A stretch of 32,000 bases of DNA from positions 30,001-62,000 of the forward strand of contig CAZETV010000002.1 in assembly GCA_964514965.1 (NCBI GenBank). The letters run 5' to 3'. The stretch comes from Candidatus Hadarchaeota archaeon (lineage in GTDB: Archaea; Hadarchaeota; Hadarchaeia; Hadarchaeales; Hadarchaeaceae). The number at the start of each line of letters is the position of its first letter. The stretch's first letter is position 1. The notes under the pieces were generated by a model. It made no database searches and was not told the DNA's origin. It saw only the letters and a program-made list of their open reading frames with translations. Shown here piece by piece: positions 26,121-32,000 of the stretch. Both the position numbers and the translations under genes were made by a program.

Positions 26121-27020
26121 GTGTATGATCTAATTATCATCGGAGCAGGTCCCGCGGGCATAACCGCCAGTGTTTACGCGGCAAGAAAAAGAATGAATTT
26201 TTTGGTTATTACTCGTGACATTGGAGGGCAAGCAGCGTTAAGTTACGATATAAAAAATTACGTCGGTTATCAGTTTATTACCGGGCCAGCTCTGGCGCAA
26301 AAATTTAGAGAACATCTGAAGCAATTCAATGTAGAAGCGAAAGAGGGAGAAAGTGTAACCTTAATAAATAAAGAAGGCGATATTGTAAAAGTGAAAACGG
26401 ACAAAGGAGAATATACTGCGAAAACTGGGATTATATCTTCTGGAAGAGTTCCAAGAAAATTGGTCGTTGAAGGAGAAGAAGAATTTAAAAATAGGGGAGT
26501 TACATACTGTGCCACTTGTGACGGCCCTTTATTTGCAGATAAAGAGGTTGCGGTAATCGGAGGCGGAAATTCCGCTTTAGATGCGGTGCTTCAATTAATC
26601 AAAATCGCAAAAAAAATTTATCTTATTAACATCGGGGCAAAATTGCAGGCTGACCCGATAATGATTGAGAAGGCAAAAAATAGTGAAAAGGTGGCCATTT
26701 ACAATAGCACGAAAGTGGAAAAGATTAACGGCGACACATTTGTTAAAGGAATCAAAATATCCAGAGAAGGAAAAGAAGAGAACTTAGCAGTGGAAGGAAT
26801 ATTTATCGAAATCGGCTCAACTCCTTCCTCTGATTTCATGAAGAATATAGAAAAAAATGAGATGGGGGAAATAGTAGTAAATTGTAAATGTGAAACCAGT
26901 ATTCCTGGGATTTTTGCTGCCGGTGATGTGACGAATGTTTATGCCAAGCAGATAATAGTAGCATGTGGGGAAGGGGCTAAAGCTGCTCTGGCTAGTTTTG
27001 AATACATAAGTAAAAAATAA
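26121..27020 (+). CDS. trxB: Low-Mr thioredoxin reductase homolog, AhpF-C-terminal-like, lacking the NADPH HRRxxxR motif
   Basis: GAGPAG FAD motif, redox-active CATC, GGGNSALD dinucleotide motif and GIFAAGD. NRGVTYCATCDGPLF and MGEIVVNCKCETSIPGIFAAGDV...KQIIVACGEGAKAALASFEY resemble the AhpF reductase domain. GTG start directly follows the redoxin stop. Confidence 0.9.
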   Translation: MYDLIIIGAGPAGITASVYAARKRMNFLVITRDIGGQAALSYDIKNYVGYQFITGPALAQKFREHLKQFNVEAKEGESVTLINKEGDIVKVKTDKGEYTAKTGIISSGRVPRKLVVEGEEEFKNRGVTYCATCDGPLFADKEVAVIGGGNSALDAVLQLIKIAKKIYLINIGAKLQADPIMIEKAKNSEKVAIYNSTKVEKINGDTFVKGIKISREGKEENLAVEGIFIEIGSTPSSDFMKNIEKNEMGEIVVNCKCETSIPGIFAAGDVTNVYAKQIIVACGEGAKAALASFEYISKK

Positions 27021-27087
27021 GTTTGTTCAAGAACCCACCTGAGTCGTTTTAGAAAGCATAGTAATAAAACGCGGCGAATAACTAAAA

Positions 27088-27591
27088 ATGGAAGTTATTT
27101 TGAAAAAACACATAACTTGGAAATCGCGCACGACTTGGCTGGAGAAACTGGAGAAAAAGCAAGAGCCCAAAGTAGTAAAGGTTCCGCCAAAAATGAGAAA
27201 AAGATTTGGGTCGGGAACGATGCTTGTCGCAACGCCTCTTCTTGTCGACGCATTAATTCGGAAAGTTAAAAAAGGAAAACTTGTCACCGTGACCCAAATC
27301 ATGAAACGATTGGCAAAAGATTTCCATGCTGATTCTACTTGCCCGATGACTACTGGAATTTTCATTCGAATCGCAGCCGAAGCAGCAGAAGAGAACCTCC
27401 GGAGCGGAAATAAAAAAATAACTCCCTACTGGCGGGTACTCAAGAAAGAAGGCAGATTGAACGAAAAATTCCCGGGCGGTACAAAAGCACAAGCTGCCCG
27501 CCTGAAAAAGGAGGGGCACACGATTCAACTAGGGAAAGATAAAACACCAATTAAGGTAAAAGATTTTGAAAAATCCTTACAGAAGCTCTGA
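27088..27591 (+). CDS. MGMT-family DNA-binding protein without acceptor Cys (alkyltransferase-like, tentative)
   Basis: 167-aa ORF. KKGKLVTVTQIMKRLAK...ITPYWRVLKKEGRLNEKFPGG...RLKKEGH parallels the MGMT helix-turn-helix plus PCHRV-G-L-GY-GG-LL-EG layout. PYWRV stands in place of PCHRV. The N-terminus is Lys-rich. Confidence 0.55.
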   Translation: MEVILKKHITWKSRTTWLEKLEKKQEPKVVKVPPKMRKRFGSGTMLVATPLLVDALIRKVKKGKLVTVTQIMKRLAKDFHADSTCPMTTGIFIRIAAEAAEENLRSGNKKITPYWRVLKKEGRLNEKFPGGTKAQAARLKKEGHTIQLGKDKTPIKVKDFEKSLQKL

Positions 27592-27664
27592 TTTTTGTAA
27601 ATTTTCGCAGGGATTGAGTTTGACGGTTGCACATTTCAGCTCGGGATACGCACAGACCTTGAAC

Positions 27665-28258
27665 TCAAACCGATTCCATATTTGATATTTTCCATTTGTC
27701 CCCAACTTTGGTGAGGTATACGTTTCCGACGTATTCTGCGGTGTTGTTGTAAGCCTCAGCATTGCTAATGGTATCTTTCTCCCTGCAGTAGAGAGTAGCT
27801 TCTGTGTCAGTCTTAGATGTTGTTCTTAGCTCGAGTATTTCGATTTGATAAGTAAAGTTGGAGTACTCAGATTTTATCTGGTTGTAGCTGGCTTCTTGGA
27901 TGCTGTTATAATAATCCATAATCTCTCCCGTGCACAATTCCCTCGCATTAGCGAAGTCACCTTTCTCTATCGCGGCTGCGTAACTTCGCACAACATCTTC
28001 TGGGCCTGATTCGCCGAAGCGAAGGCCCCCCGTCAACGCAAGAACCGCTATCGCTAAGACGACACCGACGATTGCCACTACCACAACCACTGGCATCGTT
28101 CGTGACTTCCCAGTCTGAAGTTTAACTGGGGCTTTAGGCGCCTCAGCGGGTTTTCTCGCTGGCGCACGAGCCACTTTTGGCAAGGGGGCACCGCAGCTCT
28201 CGCAAAATTGAGCGTCATCACTATTTTTTGCCTCGCATTTTTCGCAATACTTTGCCAT
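27665..28258 (-). CDS. Zinc-ribbon / single-TM / NTF2-like (DUF4878-like) ectodomain protein
   Basis: 197-aa ORF. N-terminal YCEKCEAKNSDDAQFCESCG zinc ribbon, a Pro/Ala/Lys linker, a TM helix (MPVVVVVAIVGVVLAIAVLAL), then VVRSYAAAIEKGDFANA..., typical of small NTF2-like domains. Confidence 0.75.
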   Translation of the reverse strand: MAKYCEKCEAKNSDDAQFCESCGAPLPKVARAPARKPAEAPKAPVKLQTGKSRTMPVVVVVAIVGVVLAIAVLALTGGLRFGESGPEDVVRSYAAAIEKGDFANARELCTGEIMDYYNSIQEASYNQIKSEYSNFTYQIEILELRTTSKTDTEATLYCREKDTISNAEAYNNTAEYVGNVYLTKVGDKWKISNMESV

Positions 28259-28262
28259 TTCT

Positions 28263-29054
28263 TCACTTCATTTTTTTTCCGCAGCTGGAACAAAATACCG
28301 CGCCGAGCGATACACGTGCGCCACAGTATGGGCAAAATCTCGCTCCTGCTGGTGCTGAAGCAGCGCCAGTTTTTTTAACCAGCGTGCGCCCAAAGAACGC
28401 TTCGCTAACCACATTTCCTTTGATCATGCTCGGGTCTTCCGGGAGTACTTTATTGAGCCAGTACAGACAGGATATTGCTATCAAGTCTATCAAAATCATT
28501 ACCACTGTTCCTGCGTCGCCATTTATGAAAGCGAGAGCAGCGTTAGAAAGTCCATGAAGAACCATTGCTAGGACTAGGAAGGATAAGAACTCTATCTTCA
28601 ATGCGTTTGAAAGGAACCCTCCAGCCGCCGTTCTAAGTGAGCTACGGTCAAAGCTCCGAACTGCGATAACAGCTATTCCTATCCCGACTATTCCAGATAG
28701 AACCATGTGCCCAAAAATCGTCCACACTCTCATGAAAACGTTGGCGCCTTGTATGACGTAGATAACACTTTCCAGAAATCCAAATCCAAGACCGCCCATC
28801 GCTCCGAGAATTATCCCTCTACTTTTTCTCTTCAGGACAATTGGGAACATCATGGCTAAGTAAATCACTCCGAGCACCTTAGTCGGTTCCTCAACTATCG
28901 GTGCAATTATTGTCGAGACTACCCCGGGAGCCGCCCCCGTACCTTTTGCGAGAAGTGTGTTTAATGGCAGCGCAATGATGAAGGCCATTATTATGCCGCC
29001 GAAGATAGCAAAAAGTTCTGGCACCAATGGGCCGAGTTCTCGACCTTTAGGCAT
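28263..29054 (-). CDS. PrsW-family intramembrane protease-like protein with C-terminal zinc ribbon
   Basis: 263-aa polytopic protein with IVEEPTKVLG (EExxK), GFGFLESVIY, FGHMVLSG and HGLSNAA (HxxxN) motifs. C-terminal FCPYCGARVSLGAVFCSSCG. GAGGTGA Shine-Dalgarno upstream. The next gene follows after 4 nt. Confidence 0.7.
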   Translation of the reverse strand: MPKGRELGPLVPELFAIFGGIIMAFIIALPLNTLLAKGTGAAPGVVSTIIAPIVEEPTKVLGVIYLAMMFPIVLKRKSRGIILGAMGGLGFGFLESVIYVIQGANVFMRVWTIFGHMVLSGIVGIGIAVIAVRSFDRSSLRTAAGGFLSNALKIEFLSFLVLAMVLHGLSNAALAFINGDAGTVVMILIDLIAISCLYWLNKVLPEDPSMIKGNVVSEAFFGRTLVKKTGAASAPAGARFCPYCGARVSLGAVFCSSCGKKMK

Positions 29055-29201
29055 TTTTCACCTCTGGCTATAGTACTTTTTTCGGATTTTTAACTCTTTG
29101 GTTGGAGGGTAAAGAACTAAAAATAACAACATTTTTTTCATGATTTAGTTCAAGTTGAAACTTCAAAAAATCCTTAAGTCAGAAACCCGTTAAAATCGTT
29201 C

Positions 29202-30227
29202 ATGCGCGTTGCGATGTACTACGGCAACAAGAATGTGCGTTTAGAAGAGCTACCAAAACCAAAGATAGCCCCTGGAGAATTGTTATTAAAAGTAATGGCA
29301 AGCGGCATCTGTGGCAGCGATGTGCTGGAATGGTATCGCATCAAAAAAGCTCCCCTGGTGCTGGGTCACGAAGCCACTGGTGAGATAGTTGAAGTCGGGG
29401 ATGGAGTAAAACGTTACAAAATAGGCGATCGAGTCTTTGTTTCTCATCACGTTCCATGCGGCACATGTCGTTACTGCTTGGGTGGCCACCACACCGCCTG
29501 TGAAACCTTACACAAAACGAATTATGACCCGGGTGGGTTTGCCGAGTACATACGTGTGCCAAGCATAAACGTAGAACGCGGTATTTACCTCTTGCCCGAG
29601 AATTTATCGTTCGAAGACGGGACTTTTATCGAGCCGTTAGGATGTGTTGTGCGCGGGCAAAGGTTAGCGCGCATTCAAAAGGGCAATACAGTACTCATCC
29701 TTGGAAGTGGTATTTCTGGACTACTCCATCTGCAACTTGCCGGCGCGCGTGGAGCAGAGCGGATAATTGCGACAGACATAAATGAATATCGTTTGAATGC
29801 CGCAAAAAAATTTGGAGCAGATGCTGTGATAAACGCCAAAGACGATGTACCCGCAAGGCTGCGCCAACTTAACGAAGGTAGGCTTGCAGATCGAGTGATA
29901 GTTTGCGCGGGAGCCAAATCAGCGAGTAAACAAGCATTAGAATGTGTGAATCGTGGAGGCACTGTTCTATTCTTTGCGGTGCCGGAGCCGGGTGTTGACA
30001 TTTCTGTTCCGATTACCGACTTCTGGCGTGACGAGGTAACACTAATGACTTCATACGGCGCGGGGCCCGGGGATATCAAAGACGCACTGAAACTGATTAG
30101 CGAGCATAAGGCGAATATTCACGAGATGATCACCCACCGGTTAAGTTTGGGTGAAGCGGGTCTGGGCTTCAAGCTTGTCGCCGACGCGGGAGAATCTCTG
30201 AAAGTGATCATCGAGCCGCAGAGATGA
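29202..30227 (+). CDS. Zinc-dependent MDR-family alcohol/polyol dehydrogenase (threonine/sorbitol dehydrogenase-like)
   Basis: 341-aa ORF with GICGSDV, GHEATGEIVEVG, the structural-zinc Cys cluster CGTCRYCLGGHHTAC, and the Rossmann motif ILGSGISG. Confidence 0.9.
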   Translation: MRVAMYYGNKNVRLEELPKPKIAPGELLLKVMASGICGSDVLEWYRIKKAPLVLGHEATGEIVEVGDGVKRYKIGDRVFVSHHVPCGTCRYCLGGHHTACETLHKTNYDPGGFAEYIRVPSINVERGIYLLPENLSFEDGTFIEPLGCVVRGQRLARIQKGNTVLILGSGISGLLHLQLAGARGAERIIATDINEYRLNAAKKFGADAVINAKDDVPARLRQLNEGRLADRVIVCAGAKSASKQALECVNRGGTVLFFAVPEPGVDISVPITDFWRDEVTLMTSYGAGPGDIKDALKLISEHKANIHEMITHRLSLGEAGLGFKLVADAGESLKVIIEPQR

Positions 30228-30990
30228 TATCGCCCAAGGACTTGCAAACATAGCTGAAATCTGCGCTGGGGTCAAGACCGGGCTTGTATTCTAGGCACGT
30301 TAGCCCTTTGAATTTCTCCCGAATAATTTTCAGAACTGGGGCAAAGTTTATGGACCCCTGTCCTAGAGGTCTCGAGTTGGTATCACGTAGCTGAAGTTCT
30401 GATATTTTCACGAGGTATTCATTTACAACTCCTACGACATCTTCCCCATTGCTGTGAATGTGCATGGTATCTGCCATCAGTCGTACGTGCTCCGAACCCA
30501 CATCTTGAACTAGCCGATAGATTTCAGACACGCTTGGGAGAAAAGTGGTCCTCTCCCTGCCTAATGGTTCGATGGAGGTCAGGATGTTAAATTCCTCGCT
30601 GAGCTTGCCAAAATGTTTGAATAGTTCAACGCATCTTTCCCTCGGATTTTCGATTCTCGGTTCTTCGTAGGTGATGGTGGTCACAACATTCTGTGCCCCA
30701 ACTTTAGAGGCTATTTTTATTGTTTCTTCCACATGGCGTATAGCGAGTTTCTGATCCTTTTCTTTCGCACTTAGCATTCGTAGGTCATGTAGCAGAAATG
30801 CTTGGACAGACATGATGGGAGTTTTAAAATTCGGCAATATTTCTAAAACACTCTTTAATCGCTTTTCATCAAAACCGTCGTTGACCAATTCCAACCACAT
30901 TTTACGCGATTCTAATATTCTCAATTTATCTTCTAATGTGTCTCCAGGAACCACGAATTCAACACATCCCCAAGTCACACGTCTCACCAT
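30208..30990 (-). CDS. Xylose-isomerase-like TIM-barrel protein (sugar phosphate isomerase/epimerase family)
   Basis: 260-aa ORF. The spacing of metal-ligand-like residues (SIEPL, MADTMHIH, LQLRD, CLEY) fits the AP-endonuclease-2 / xylose-isomerase-like barrel. A TATA-like element lies about 25 nt upstream of the ATG (leaderless). Its 3' end overlaps the ADH gene by 20 nt. Confidence 0.65.
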   Translation of the reverse strand: MVRRVTWGCVEFVVPGDTLEDKLRILESRKMWLELVNDGFDEKRLKSVLEILPNFKTPIMSVQAFLLHDLRMLSAKEKDQKLAIRHVEETIKIASKVGAQNVVTTITYEEPRIENPRERCVELFKHFGKLSEEFNILTSIEPLGRERTTFLPSVSEIYRLVQDVGSEHVRLMADTMHIHSNGEDVVGVVNEYLVKISELQLRDTNSRPLGQGSINFAPVLKIIREKFKGLTCLEYKPGLDPSADFSYVCKSLGDIISAAR

Positions 30991-31066
30991 TACGAATAGT
31001 GTGCCTAAGTTATAATTTGGTTAAAATTTATAAGTAGATTGATAATTTTCAGGGGGGTAAGTCAAG

Positions 31067-31735
31067 ATGGTTCTTAAAATAAGCAAGGGTCTGGTGGAGC
31101 GCTTCCCCGGGCTGCAAGTTTTGGTTGTGCATGTTAACGGGGCAAGGGTTGAAAAAGAAAAAGTCGAGTTGCAGCAGTTCAAAGAAGAGGTAGTTGAAGA
31201 GATGAAGCAGACATACGACCTTGCAACGGTAAAAGATGTTCCAATTTTCAGGGCGTACAGGGACTTCTTTTGGCGCATCGGCATCGACCCAACGAAAAAC
31301 AGACCCGCAGCTGAGGCGCTCATCCGAAGAGTTCTGGCCGGAAAGCCGTTACCCAACATAAACACGCTCGTTGATGCGTATAATTTAGCCTCGATCAAAA
31401 CATGCATCGCGATAGGCGCATTTGACGCGAGCCGCATCCGTGGGAACCTTGCGCTACGGCTGGCGCGCAAGGGTGAGGAATTTACAGGTATAGGTATGGA
31501 AAAACCAATGGTGCTTGATGGCAAAGAAGCGGTAGTGTCAGATTCAGAGAAGTTAATCGCGGTCTACCCATATCGAGATGCCGATGATACAAAGGTGACC
31601 TTATTGACGAGAGACGTTCTTCTGCTCATCTGTGGGGCTCCGAGGATATATGAAGAGGTACTGAAAAACGCTGGGCGAACCACAGTCGGCTATATAACAA
31701 GATTTTGTGGTGGTGAAGGGGGAACTGAAACTTGA
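31067..31735 (+). CDS. B3/B4 tRNA-binding-domain protein (PheRS-beta B3_4-like, stand-alone)
   Basis: 222-aa ORF. FRAYRDFFWRIGIDPTKNRPAAEALIRRVLAGKPLPNINTLVDAYNLASIKTCIAIGAFD is the hallmark of the stand-alone B3/B4 domain family. Confidence 0.8.
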   Translation: MVLKISKGLVERFPGLQVLVVHVNGARVEKEKVELQQFKEEVVEEMKQTYDLATVKDVPIFRAYRDFFWRIGIDPTKNRPAAEALIRRVLAGKPLPNINTLVDAYNLASIKTCIAIGAFDASRIRGNLALRLARKGEEFTGIGMEKPMVLDGKEAVVSDSEKLIAVYPYRDADDTKVTLLTRDVLLLICGAPRIYEEVLKNAGRTTVGYITRFCGGEGGTET

Positions 31736-32000
31736 AGCGAGATTTCAAGGCGGTGCTATTCGATTTAGATGAAACTCTCACAGATTCGTCCACTGGCTTG
31801 GACGCAACACATCGCGCGGTGGCGAAGAGTTTGCACAATTACCTCCGTCAACACGGGATCGAGGTGAACGAAACCACCCTGCGTTCGAAGCTCAACATAT
31901 TCGACGACAAAATGAATATCGAAACGAAATACGACAGGGACGAGTGGTGGCCAGAGCTACTCGCCGAACTCGGGTTGAAGCAAGAGGTGCCCCGCCAGAT
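31732..32000 (+). CDS. HAD-superfamily hydrolase, 3' end cut by window edge
   Basis: Not in the track (no stop codon). The TTG at 31732 overlaps the upstream stop. Translation LKRDFKAVLFDLDETLTDS... contains HAD motif I (DxDxT). The frame stays open to the window end. Confidence 0.7.
   Translation, partial: MKRDFKAVLFDLDETLTDSSTGLDATHRAVAKSLHNYLRQHGIEVNETTLRSKLNIFDDKMNIETKYDRDEWWPELLAELGLKQEVPRQ

Noticed and set aside
30208-30227. 20-nt convergent overlap of the ADH and TIM-barrel gene 3' ends
   Set aside because: Short convergent overlaps are common in compact prokaryotic genomes. Both C-termini look intact, and nothing suggests a functional element.
31021-31524. 167-aa minus-strand ORF opposite the B3/B4-domain gene
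   Set aside because: It is a shadow frame of a gene with a clear family signature. Its sequence is Ser/Ala/Leu-rich and low in complexity.

Overview
This window reads as archaeal chromosomal DNA. Evidence: thermosome, topoisomerase VI, aIF-1A, a Rio1 kinase / KH-protein cluster, AMP phosphorylase, TTTATAAA TATA boxes about 25-30 nt upstream of leaderless or GGTGA-preceded start codons, and a tRNA with an encoded CCA end. Most of it is core housekeeping.

Minus strand, 1-5951: top6A (truncated by the window edge), top6B, a KH/Dim2-like protein, rio1, aIF-1A and a citramalate-synthase-like LeuA paralog. This paralog sits head-to-head with a second LeuA paralog at 6017-7567.

9600-15603: a compact trpE-D-C-F-B-A operon with no trpG. 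It is followed by an AMP phosphorylase and a convergent thermosome gene.

19.0-22.3 kb is more accessory-looking. It holds an A24 prepilin/preflagellin peptidase whose catalytic N-terminus lies upstream of any canonical start codon. Next comes a two-gene cassette (unknown protein plus a Cas2-like small protein) sharing a palindromic TATA box with a GIY-YIG nuclease gene, then two membrane proteins and tRNA-Gly.

The rest comprises:
- a PadR + ABC-2 exporter operon;
- two very small genes next to an LsrF-type class I aldolase;
- a visibly AT-richer block with a glutaredoxin-like protein, an AhpF-type thioredoxin-reductase homolog lacking the NADPH HRRxxxR motif, and an alkyltransferase-like (Cys-less MGMT-family) protein;
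- a PrsW-like intramembrane protease paired with a zinc-ribbon single-pass membrane protein;
- a Zn-ADH, a TIM-barrel sugar-phosphate isomerase/epimerase-like protein, a B3/B4-domain protein and a truncated HAD hydrolase.

I saw no CRISPR array, transposase, integrase or rRNA. The best candidates for something undescribed are the 19.8-20.8 kb small-gene cassette and the PrsW / zinc-ribbon pair. Both rest on motif-level reading only and need profile and structure searches.
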